DNA from: Candidatus Latescibacterota bacterium
GTDB lineage: Bacteria; Latescibacterota; UBA2968; UBA8231
Length of the DNA stretch: 64,000 nt
Direction of reading: 5' to 3'
Assembly (NCBI GenBank): GCA_965197905.1
Contig: CBDAOB010000004.1
Span: 96,001 to 160,000 of the forward strand
In this document: one piece after another, positions 19,326-27,091 of the stretch
Numbering within the stretch: the stretch's first letter is position 1
Layout of the letters: each line of letters begins with the position of its first letter
Translations under genes and position numbers: made by a program
The notes under the pieces: generated by a model
What the model saw: only the letters and a program-made list of their open reading frames with translations
Told to the model about the DNA's origin: nothing
Database searches by the model: none

Positions 19326-19455
19326 TCGTTCAGAATCTCCTCCTTTTCCTTCAGTTCGGCGAACCCGGGTGATCGACGCTGCCACGTTAGTCGCCGCCCG
19401 CGCCTTCTTGCTCTGTTCGCAAATCGTTCAGAATCTCCTCCTTTTCCTTCAGTTC
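19326..19455. repeat. Perfect 32-nt direct repeat (19326-19357 and 19424-19455)
   Basis: TCGTTCAGAATCTCCTCCTTTTCCTTCAGTTC occurs twice, 66 nt apart. Confidence 0.95.
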
Positions 19456-19707
19456 CTCCGTGAGATCGGCTAGCCGGTTGAGAGATTTCCGCATCTCGGC
19501 GGAGATTTCGACCGTCTCCGCATCCCGACCCTGTTCGTGCACCATCTTTCCAACCTCGGCGAACAGGCGCTGAATTTGTTGCTTGGCGACGGCCACATCT
19601 AAGCGGGCGCGCCCTTGCTGGGCCAGCAGCTCGGCACAATCGGCAGCCGCGATCAACCCCTCCTCCAACCCCTTTCGGACATTTCCCCAAAAATCTTCTG
19701 TCATCAC
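19387..19707 (-). CDS. Small coiled-coil hypothetical protein (106 aa)
   Basis: GGAGGAG SD inside upstream gene end, helical heptad character, abuts BMC gene stop. Confidence 0.75.
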   Translation of the reverse strand: MMTEDFWGNVRKGLEEGLIAAADCAELLAQQGRARLDVAVAKQQIQRLFAEVGKMVHEQGRDAETVEISAEMRKSLNRLADLTEELKEKEEILNDLRTEQEGAGGD

Positions 19708-20183
19708 TACTCCTCCTGCCAGAGTCGCTGCAACTCTTCGATCAATTCTTTCTTGTTGGCACGCGATACGTTGCGCCCGGTAAGTCCGGCACCCGGTGTT
19801 TGACGAACGAGTTGGCGCAAACGCGCCACCGCCATATTCTTCAGCGTGTCTAAGGTCGGGTGTTGGTTTGCCAACGGATCCAACCGGGATGCGCCCGAGT
19901 TGGAGTCTATCGTGTCTTGAAGTAATCGAACGACGTCGGCGTGGGGGCCGGGGATGACGTGGCTACTGATAACCTCGGTCACTCGACGCGCTGCGTCCGC
20001 GCCGGCGCGAACGGCGGTCTGAACCGATGCTACATCCCCCGAAAACCGAATGGATACCAGACCACCGCCGATGCGTTCGAACTGAAGCAATTCTACGTTG
20101 GCTGCTTTGGCGGCTGCATCTGCCGCTTCCACAACACCTGCCATCCCTCGGGTTTCGATGAGTCCTATGGCAGATCCGGCCAT
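19707..20183 (-). CDS. Bacterial microcompartment shell protein (BMC-H) with C-terminal Rho_N-like helical domain
   Basis: AIGLIETRG...AADAAAKAANVEL...GDVASVQTAV...SHVIPGPH classic BMC domain; tail LKNMAVARLRQLVR...SRANKKELIEEL. Confidence 0.92.
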   Translation of the reverse strand: MAGSAIGLIETRGMAGVVEAADAAAKAANVELLQFERIGGGLVSIRFSGDVASVQTAVRAGADAARRVTEVISSHVIPGPHADVVRLLQDTIDSNSGASRLDPLANQHPTLDTLKNMAVARLRQLVRQTPGAGLTGRNVSRANKKELIEELQRLWQEE

Positions 20184-20207
20184 GGCGGGACCTGAACCGG
20201 GTTGGGT

Positions 20208-20435
20208 TTATCTCTGATCGTCGCGGGTGTATGGCAGCAGACCGAGATAGCGAGCCCGTTTTATTGCCTGGACAACTCGATTTTGCTGTTTGCGCGTGGC
20301 ACCCGTACGCCGTGCCGCGTCGATCTTGCCGGTGGGCGACAGGAAGCGGGTCAGTACATCCAGGCGTTTGTAGTCGATATCCTCGAGCTTCAGCTTTGCG
20401 ACGAATTCCTTGCGACTGCGACCTTGTCTACCGAT
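20208..20435 (-). CDS. rpsR: 30S ribosomal protein S18 (Cys-less type), apparent ATC start; absent from ORF track
   Basis: Hand translation: IGRQGRSRKEFVAKLKLEDIDYKRLDVLTRFLSPTGKIDAARRTGATRKQQNRVVQAIKRARYLGLLPYTRDDQR; AAGGAG SD 9 nt upstream of ATC. Confidence 0.95.
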   Translation of the reverse strand: MGRQGRSRKEFVAKLKLEDIDYKRLDVLTRFLSPTGKIDAARRTGATRKQQNRVVQAIKRARYLGLLPYTRDDQR

Positions 20436-20528
20436 GGTGAATTACTCCTTGAGAAGCCTGTTGAAAACGGGCTTTGACGTATATTAAAGAGAGCTTGGAA
20501 AATAGGTCTGGTACCCCCGCATGTCAAT

Positions 20529-21872
20529 ATGGTACACCGGTTTGTGATCTGGTCTCGACTTCGCCGCACGGCACTTGCCTGGGTGTTGTGTCTCGGGGCT
20601 TTGGCTTTGGCATTTACCCACCGAATTGCCGGCGAGAGTGACTTGGTGCTCTTCGTTTTGGCGGGCACCGCGCTCCTCTCTCTTGCTTTGTTGATCCTCG
20701 GTGCGGTCGAGGGAAATCTTCTTCCCGGAACCGCAGTACGGTTGTTCGCTCTTTTGTTGCTCACTTCGGCCGCCGGTTCGGTCCTACTCAATGATCAGGT
20801 GCCCTGGGCAAATTTGATCCTTCTCGCCTGTCACCTCGCTCTGTTTTGGGTGGGTTGGGGAGTGGGCAGGCAGGGTGAGGGGCTGTCTCAACTCGGGGGG
20901 GGTTTTATCGTTTGCGCGGTGTTGATTGCCGCATATGCAGTGGCGCAGTTCTATCGATGGGACCCAATGCCCGCAAATGTACAGTTTCCTGATCGCATCC
21001 TCTCGGTATTCGCAAATCCGAACCATTTCGGAAATCTGATGGCGGCTTCGATGCCCATGGCAATGGCCTGCCTTTTAAGAGCGGAATCCAGGCGTCTCAT
21101 TGTCACATGGCAACTGGTCTGCGCCGTGTTGTACGCGGGGCTTCTTATGGCCGGTAGTCGCGGGGCTTGGATCGCGGGGTTTGCCGGTGGGCTGGTGGTG
21201 GCAGGAGGGTACTTGCTGCACTGGCGCCGCGGCGTGCTCCCCTTGCGGCCTGTCGTGATTCTGAGCACTCTAGGCCTACTGGCGGTCGTTACGCTGGGGG
21301 TGTCGCGCCGACCGGTTCTGACGCGCGCATCCGGCCCTGTCACGGTGGCAGAACGCGCTTTGAGTACGACCCAGATCGTCGGACCCGCCGAAAAACGCGA
21401 CGCCACCGTAAACCACCGCTATTTCATCTGGGGCGTGGCCGCGAGAATGATCGCTGCCGCTCCTGTACTCGGTCATGGCTACGGGGACTTTGCCTACACC
21501 TTTGCCTCCTTCAGGGATGATCCTGGGGGGGCGACTGAGCTAGCGCGACTGAGCTGGAGCCAGCGGCGCGATCCCACCGCATACGCCCACAACGAATTCC
21601 TGCACACCTGGGTCGAAACCGGATTGTTGGGGCTGACCGGTCTTGTAGGCCTGATAGCAGTCGCGTTGACGAGATGCTGGAAGAACCTCATGCTGCGCTC
21701 CGAAAGCTTGTACTACTGGGGAGCGCTGGGAGCGTTCGGGGTTATTCTGATTCACAGCCTCGTCAGCTATCCATTGCGACTTCCTCTAAATGGCAGCATT
21801 TTTTGGATACTACTTGGTATTACAATAGGAATCGACCACGGGACGAGACACTCATCCAAGCTGCGTCAATAA
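20529..21872 (+). CDS. O-antigen ligase / Wzy_C family membrane protein
   Basis: Multiple TM helices, FANPNHF, SRGAWI, AHNEFLHTWVETGLLG. Confidence 0.9.
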   Translation: MVHRFVIWSRLRRTALAWVLCLGALALAFTHRIAGESDLVLFVLAGTALLSLALLILGAVEGNLLPGTAVRLFALLLLTSAAGSVLLNDQVPWANLILLACHLALFWVGWGVGRQGEGLSQLGGGFIVCAVLIAAYAVAQFYRWDPMPANVQFPDRILSVFANPNHFGNLMAASMPMAMACLLRAESRRLIVTWQLVCAVLYAGLLMAGSRGAWIAGFAGGLVVAGGYLLHWRRGVLPLRPVVILSTLGLLAVVTLGVSRRPVLTRASGPVTVAERALSTTQIVGPAEKRDATVNHRYFIWGVAARMIAAAPVLGHGYGDFAYTFASFRDDPGGATELARLSWSQRRDPTAYAHNEFLHTWVETGLLGLTGLVGLIAVALTRCWKNLMLRSESLYYWGALGAFGVILIHSLVSYPLRLPLNGSIFWILLGITIGIDHGTRHSSKLRQ

Positions 21873-21925
21873 TAGCTGTAAAAACAGTATGATAGAGATC
21901 TATCTGTGACCATAGAAAAAAACGC

Positions 21926-21952
21926 TAAAGGGAATCAACTCTTATCCGATAA
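21926..21952 (+). promoter_or_regulatory. Sigma28 (FliA)-type promoter
   Basis: TAAA-N15-TCCGATAA, one mismatch to TAAA-N15-GCCGATAA. Confidence 0.65.
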
Positions 21953-21958
21953 TACAAA

Positions 21959-22171
21959 ACAAGATTACTTGATACTAAGTTCTTTTCTTCCAGTAGCTGA
22001 TTGAACCTCCGCTACTGCTACCCGATCGATCATTTAGTCTTTGCGGATTCGATTGCAGATCCGCACCCGGACAACCCGGAGTTTCCCCACTCCCGTCCGG
22101 TCCCGCGAGTGCCCTAATACCGCGGATGTGAAAAATGCCAGCGCCCTGCGTGATCTTCCGCAGGGCGTTTT
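21959..22171 (+). ncRNA. Candidate structured small RNA (~210 nt)
   Basis: Bounded by sigma28-like promoter and intrinsic terminator; three consecutive hairpins; no SD-led ORF. Confidence 0.5.
22142..22171 (+). terminator. Rho-independent terminator
   Basis: CGCCCTGCG-N8-CGCAGGGCG 9-bp stem followed by TTTT. Confidence 0.8.
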
Positions 22172-22189
22172 GCTTGTACGCCTTTCAGA

Positions 22190-23344
22190 TCAGGAGGTTT
22201 CGGTCAATTTCCGCATGGTGGAGTGATGATCCATGCCGGACGCGCGCAATCGATCGTATCTGGACATATCGATGCTCTCCCATCTTAGGAAAGAGCGAAT
22301 GTCGTAACGGCCGGGGACTTCAAGCTTGAGCTGGCCTTCGGCGATCATCTGCTCAAGAGGATATCCGCCTTCCTCCAGGGGCAGGCGGATCACCTTGTTC
22401 CTGCGCGCGGATTCGTAGAGCGCCATCATGATTTCTAGGGTCGCTCTCGCCTTTTCCACCGAACCCCGGTGTTCCGGACCGCCATCTAGCCAGCCTGCGA
22501 GTTCCTTGATTTGATCGGCGTTCACTCGCCCACCCATACCGTACCCTTCCTCTTCGACCAGCACATGCTCCTGCCAACCGGCAGCATTCGCATTCAAGAG
22601 GCGCACACTGCGTTCGTCGGTTTCCAGAATTCCGTCGGTCCCGCGGATGAGAAACCCTCCTGCAGTAGCTCCTTCTTGACGGAGGTCCGACTGGACAAAC
22701 AATTGTAGGCCGGCGTCCATTTGCACCAATGCCATGCAACAGTCTTCAATGGGGACGTCGCGTTCGTATCGATCCGTGCTTCGTTGCACGGCTCCCATCA
22801 CCCACTCCGCCGCCGGGTCCTCTAGCACGAACCGCGCCCCGTCGATGACGTGGGTGCCCCAATTGGCGAAACCGCTCGCTACGCAACACTCCACCATTAC
22901 GGGTTTCCCTATGGCCCCTTCGCGGATTAAGTCGCGAGCTCTCTCCCATCCCACCGTGAACCGCCGCTGGTGGCCAATGACCAACAGAGTGTCATGCGAC
23001 CGGCACGCATCGATCATCAGGTCGGCCGACCTCAATCCCAAAGCCATCGGTTTTTCGCAGATGACAGCTTTGACGCCGGCTTTAGCGGCGGCCACCGTGC
23101 CCTCCTGATGGACGAGATGCCAGGTACACACGATCGCAATATCTGGCACCTGGTTGGAGAACATCTCATCCGTAGTAGAAAAGGCGCGGGGAACACCGAA
23201 CTCCTCAGCAAACCGTATCCTCGCCGCTTCTACCGGTTCGACGACAGCGACTAGCTCCACTTCGTCGGCAAGTTGGCACCCCTCCGCGTGCGACCGGCCG
23301 ATCGTACCACACCCGACAATGGCAACTGTATACCTGCTTCCCAT
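22190..23344 (-). CDS. Gfo/Idh/MocA family oxidoreductase
   Basis: IVGCGTIG, ICEKPMA, GHQRRF, GTHVID; AGGAG SD. Confidence 0.92.
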   Translation of the reverse strand: MGSRYTVAIVGCGTIGRSHAEGCQLADEVELVAVVEPVEAARIRFAEEFGVPRAFSTTDEMFSNQVPDIAIVCTWHLVHQEGTVAAAKAGVKAVICEKPMALGLRSADLMIDACRSHDTLLVIGHQRRFTVGWERARDLIREGAIGKPVMVECCVASGFANWGTHVIDGARFVLEDPAAEWVMGAVQRSTDRYERDVPIEDCCMALVQMDAGLQLFVQSDLRQEGATAGGFLIRGTDGILETDERSVRLLNANAAGWQEHVLVEEEGYGMGGRVNADQIKELAGWLDGGPEHRGSVEKARATLEIMMALYESARRNKVIRLPLEEGGYPLEQMIAEGQLKLEVPGRYDIRSFLRWESIDMSRYDRLRASGMDHHSTMRKLTETS

Positions 23345-23427
23345 ATTGCTCTCCTTTGGCACTGTCCATGTGCGCGCTTAGCTTAGCTACTGTTCGAGCC
23401 AATTTGGTCGCAAACCAGCAAAACCCT

Positions 23428-23856
23428 ATGGATGATATCACTGTTACTCCGCACCTCACGATCCCTGTGTCAGAGCTCAGATTCAGCTTCGATCGCAGCC
23501 CGGGTCCCGGCGGTCAAAACGTAAATAAGTTGAACACAAGGGTGGAGTTGTGCTTCGATGTGCGCAACAGCCGGTCCATTACGGAACCCCAACGCGCGCG
23601 AATCGTTGAAGGATTAGGACGCCGGTTGAGTAACGACGGGCTCTTGCGCATCCGTTCCTCCAGGCACCGAACTCAGCTGCGCAACAAGCAGGATTGTTTG
23701 GAGAAGCTTGCCGCGAAACTTGGAGAGGTGCTAAAGCCGCCGCCTGCCAAACGAAGACGGACGCGGCCGGGTCGTGCTGAATTAACACGGCGGCGAGAGG
23801 CAAAACGGCAAAATTCCGCCAAGAAGCGGCTGCGGAAACGTCCCGATTTCGATTAG
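23428..23856 (+). CDS. arfB: Alternative ribosome rescue peptidyl-tRNA hydrolase
   Basis: SPGPGGQNVNK (GGQ), RTQLRNK, basic C-terminal tail. Confidence 0.95.
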   Translation: MDDITVTPHLTIPVSELRFSFDRSPGPGGQNVNKLNTRVELCFDVRNSRSITEPQRARIVEGLGRRLSNDGLLRIRSSRHRTQLRNKQDCLEKLAAKLGEVLKPPPAKRRRTRPGRAELTRRREAKRQNSAKKRLRKRPDFD

Positions 23857-23868
23857 TGTGGCAAAATC

Positions 23869-23910
23869 TTGACACTGCTTGAGCAATCTCTTACGTTAAC
23901 GTTAACGTAA
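23869..23910 (+). promoter_or_regulatory. Sigma70 promoter overlapped by a perfect 20-bp palindromic operator
   Basis: TTGACA(23869)-17 nt-TACGTT(23892); TTACGTTAACGTTAACGTAA at 23891-23910. Confidence 0.75.
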
Positions 23911-23968
23911 TAATCAGCTGTACAAATCTCAGAATATTTAACACTAACCATTGTAATTTATAAGACTT

Positions 23969-24859
23969 ATGAACAGAAAAAGAAAATCGGTTCGAGCCGA
24001 AGAAAACGATGAAAAGGCCGTTTTGGCAATACCGCCTACATCGGATCTCACCGATCTTTATTGGCGCGATATCAAGGAAGCCCAAACCTTATCTCGATCC
24101 GAAGAGGTTGAGCTGTTCAAACTAGCGAAATCTGGCAACGAAGAAGCCCGGCAGAAAATCATTTTGTCGAATCTGCGTTTTGTGGTGCGTGTGGCGCGGG
24201 AGTATAAGGATTACGGGCTGTCGTTGGTGGAGCTGATCTCAGAAGGAAACTTCGGTCTATTGGAGGCGGTCAAGCGGTTTGATGAAACACGCGGGTTCAA
24301 GTTCATCACCTATGCCGTTTGGTGGATTCGACAGGCCATACTCAAGGCGCTCGCCGAACAGGGAAAGATCGCCAAACCCCCCCTCAGCCAAATCAACGAT
24401 CAGCAACGAATGGACAAACAAGCCGGAGCTTTGGCACACCAGCTGGGTCGGTCCCCCACGTTCGAAGAGATCTCCGAGTCCGTGGATATCAGCGCTGAGC
24501 GAACGAAAAACGCGTGGGTTGCGGCGCAGCAGGATCTTTTCCTCGATGCACCGGCCTTTCAAGATGAAGAGGCTCCCCTCATGACGGTGTTCGCCGCCGA
24601 TCAGCCCGGGGGTGATGACGATGTGATGCAGGGCCAGTTGGAACACAGTGTCCAGGCATGTCTGCAGGTGCTGGACGACCGCGAGTACCAGATCGTGTCT
24701 TCCTACTTCGGCTTCGACGATCTGCGACCCATGACCCTGGAGGAGATCGGGGAAACCCTGGGTGTAACCCGGGAACGAGTCCGGCAACTGCGCAATCGAG
24801 CCCTCGACAAGCTGCGCGTGCAGTGCGGCGAGCTCCTGCTCGAATTTTCCAGCAACTAG
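23969..24859 (+). CDS. RNA polymerase sigma-70 family factor, RpoD/SigA-like, lacking region 1.1
   Basis: NLRFVV, LISEGNFGL, GFKFITYAVWWIRQAI, TLEEIG..LGVTRERVRQ. Confidence 0.95.
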   Translation: MNRKRKSVRAEENDEKAVLAIPPTSDLTDLYWRDIKEAQTLSRSEEVELFKLAKSGNEEARQKIILSNLRFVVRVAREYKDYGLSLVELISEGNFGLLEAVKRFDETRGFKFITYAVWWIRQAILKALAEQGKIAKPPLSQINDQQRMDKQAGALAHQLGRSPTFEEISESVDISAERTKNAWVAAQQDLFLDAPAFQDEEAPLMTVFAADQPGGDDDVMQGQLEHSVQACLQVLDDREYQIVSSYFGFDDLRPMTLEEIGETLGVTRERVRQLRNRALDKLRVQCGELLLEFSSN

Positions 24860-25125
24860 TGCACCGCTCAACAGCTATCCTTGTATTTCGCCGCCGATGC
24901 ATCCCAGCCGGCTGCTTTGCGCTTGCTCGCAGCCCGGGCGCCTCTCAAAGCCGAAATTCCGAAGGCTTTCTTATGGACCGGTGCACAAGGCTACGCCCGC
25001 AGAATCGGTCGCTCCAAACCCTCGCGCGCCTTTTAAGGTAGCCTCCGAAAAAACCGCTTGCCAAGATACACCATCGGAGCCAGTATTGGTGGTGACCCGC
25101 GTCTACTCCTCTTCCGTTCCCCTAC

Positions 25126-25141
25126 CGGCACGAAGCTTGCT
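25126..25141 (+). promoter_or_regulatory. Sigma54-type -24/-12 promoter candidate
   Basis: CGGCACGAAGCTTGCT: GG-N10-GC, one mismatch to TGGCAC-N5-TTGCW, intergenic. Confidence 0.55.
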
Positions 25142-25347
25142 GGTTGAGCAGCCGCAACTGAAACGCAAGCACAGATAGGTACTGCTGCCGCCGAACCTTC
25201 GCAAGATCGCGACTCGGTGGTAACGCAGGTTGTGTTGCCTTGCTTTATTCGGGGATCCATGCCGAGTATCTGCGATTCAGGTGCAAGAAGAATCTTCTCT
25301 TTTGCGGAACGATTTTCTGTGACAAGCCTTAGCAGAGGAGGCACACC

Positions 25348-25422
25348 TTGAGCGCTCTATTGCTAATTCTTCCAGTGCTTGGCCTTTTGGCGATATTCGG
25401 ATTCTCGCTTAAGTCCGAGTAA
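25348..25422 (+). CDS. Small hydrophobic single-helix peptide MSALLLILPVLGLLAIFGFSLKSE (24 aa)
   Basis: GAGGAGG SD (25335-25341), 6-nt spacer, TTG start, TAA stop; below ORF-track cutoff. Confidence 0.65.
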   Translation: MSALLLILPVLGLLAIFGFSLKSE

Positions 25423-25641
25423 CCCCGGCTCTTCCCGCTTCTAGCGAGCGGCGCACCTACCGTCCCTGTCCGCGGCGCACGCGCCGCTTTGTCTGTCCAC
25501 GTGTACAACTGCCTGCGTCGGCAGACGAGGTCGCCACAACGACCAACCCCGTAGTTTCCGCACCAGTTCCCGCTTTCCGATCCGCAGCATCGTCGTTATA
25601 ATTGCAGAATACACACCACGACTCTTCGGCGGAGCTCGCAG

Positions 25642-26049
25642 ATGGACCTTACCAAATCGTTTCCCAGAAGTCCGTACGAAATGAACGCGGGGTTGGTAAT
25701 GCTACCTCGAACCACCGACAAAGCCCGGGCGCAGATGGCGGGGTTACTCGGGGATTACCACTACGATTGCCCGTTGGACCAACGCCTGTTCCAGTTTCTC
25801 GGAATCGACGCCGGGAGCTTCCTGAAGCAGCTCAAGAAGGTGGGTACCGACGACGGTATGGCGACGTGGATCGAGGAAATCGCCAACCGCTCGAGAGTCG
25901 AGAAAGAAGCGTTCAACAACGTCTTGAGGCACTTACGCCCAGAAGGTGAAGAAGGCGAGCAGTGGCTGGAAGAGAAACGCAAGGATCTTGGACGTCGAGA
26001 CTTTAACACCTATTTCGACCAACTCGACGCCGACGAGGGTCGTTACTAA
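25642..26049 (+). CDS. DUF5069 domain protein
   Basis: PRSP....GLVMLPRTTDKARA...GDYHYDCPLDQRLFQFLGI; TATAAT upstream. Confidence 0.85.
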   Translation: MDLTKSFPRSPYEMNAGLVMLPRTTDKARAQMAGLLGDYHYDCPLDQRLFQFLGIDAGSFLKQLKKVGTDDGMATWIEEIANRSRVEKEAFNNVLRHLRPEGEEGEQWLEEKRKDLGRRDFNTYFDQLDADEGRY

Positions 26050-26124
26050 GGGCCGACCGGCACTTCGATTTTTGTCTATCAGGTTCGCTCCCTTTGCGAC
26101 CGGCTTACAACCGGGCCTCCCGAC

Positions 26125-27032
26125 TTAGGCCAGAATATCCAGGTGACCGGCACCACGCTGGTCAGATCCGACTCCTGGCGATCCCCAAGCAACTCCAGCA
26201 CCTGTGCTGCATCTCCGGCATCAGCCTTTGAACCTGTCCCGCTAGTACTGCCCCCGGGTGGTTCTGATTCCGGGTCCACGAATCCGGTTGTGCCATCACT
26301 GGCTCCAGCCGCGGTGTGGCCGTTCGCCGGCTCTTCTTCGCGATCCTGTTTCGCAATCTCCCGGCGCGCTTCGGCTTCCATGCGCGAAGCTTCGGCGGCG
26401 ACTTGTCGGTCTTGGCTGGAGGGTTCGGCAGGGGCCAACGCCGCACGTTTAACCACCTGTGCTTTTTGAATGGTTGCCTCAGGATCGCCCTCCACCGCTG
26501 AGGTGTCGATGCTAACCTCCCCGCCCACTGCATACCTGCGACTGTCCGGACCGCGCTCGTACTCGTATTTAGGTCCGCCGCGGGAATAGGGACCGGCGGC
26601 AGCTACGTGGGCTTGCTCGTGGGCGCGCACGTCGCGGTCGCGGTCCTTCAGTTTTTCCACCTCAGCTTGTTCCTCCTCGCTCAATTCCTGCGAGTCGCCT
26701 GCCGGAGACGAGCTCGTGCCCGCTTCCGGATCAGCCGCAGCCTCGGCACCTTCGTTGGACACCTGTTTCGAGCTGGAAGGTGAGGCAAGTGGTGGCTGTG
26801 GAACCTGGGGAAGCAGAGCGAGAATCTCGGATGCTCGATGAGCCGTCTCCCGGTTGTCTCGGTGTTCGACGGTGGACAACGGTCCGGACCTGGCGTCCAG
26901 TTTCGAGTCGGAAACGATCGCGGGCTCCTGGGTGTCACTCGAGCCACCAATTTCGCGTCGGGGCACAGCCGGCGAAGGGACGAAACCTGACGACAGATTA
27001 ACGCCTGTAGATATAGAATTCAGAGATTGCAG
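26125..27032 (-). CDS. SprA-related (CJM1_0395-type putative metalloprotease) protein; start and 3' end uncertain
   Basis: LKDRDRDVRAHEQAH, GPDSRRYAVGGEVSID, RAALAPAEPSSQDRQVA; core frame stops at 26079, alternate frame gives GHLDILA* at 26125. Confidence 0.75.
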
Positions 27033-27064
27033 ATCGGTAAGCTCCGGAAAACGCCTATCGCTTA

Positions 27065-27091
27065 TTATCGGCAGGCGTCTGCTGAACTTTA
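27065..27091 (-). promoter_or_regulatory. Sigma28 (FliA) promoter, exact consensus
   Basis: Minus strand TAAA-gttcagcagacgcct(15)-GCCGATAA. Confidence 0.85.

Noticed and set aside
19326..19455. 32-nt direct repeat as a mini CRISPR array or att site
   Set aside because: Only two copies, one is coding sequence, no palindrome, no cas or integrase nearby
20202..20477. Plus-strand ORFs (91 aa and 69 aa)
   Set aside because: Antisense shadows of rpsR
20458..20480. Possible Zur box upstream of Cys-less rpsR (TGTTGAAAAC)
   Set aside because: Half-site only, no matching inverted half
21873..22000. AT-rich stretch as a horizontally acquired island remnant
   Set aside because: Very short, no mobile-element traces, explained by promoter sequence
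25178..25347. Possible 6S RNA on the minus strand (long imperfect hairpin)
   Set aside because: Central-bubble architecture not convincing by eye and the plus-strand SD plus peptide explains the region better; needs an Rfam scan to exclude
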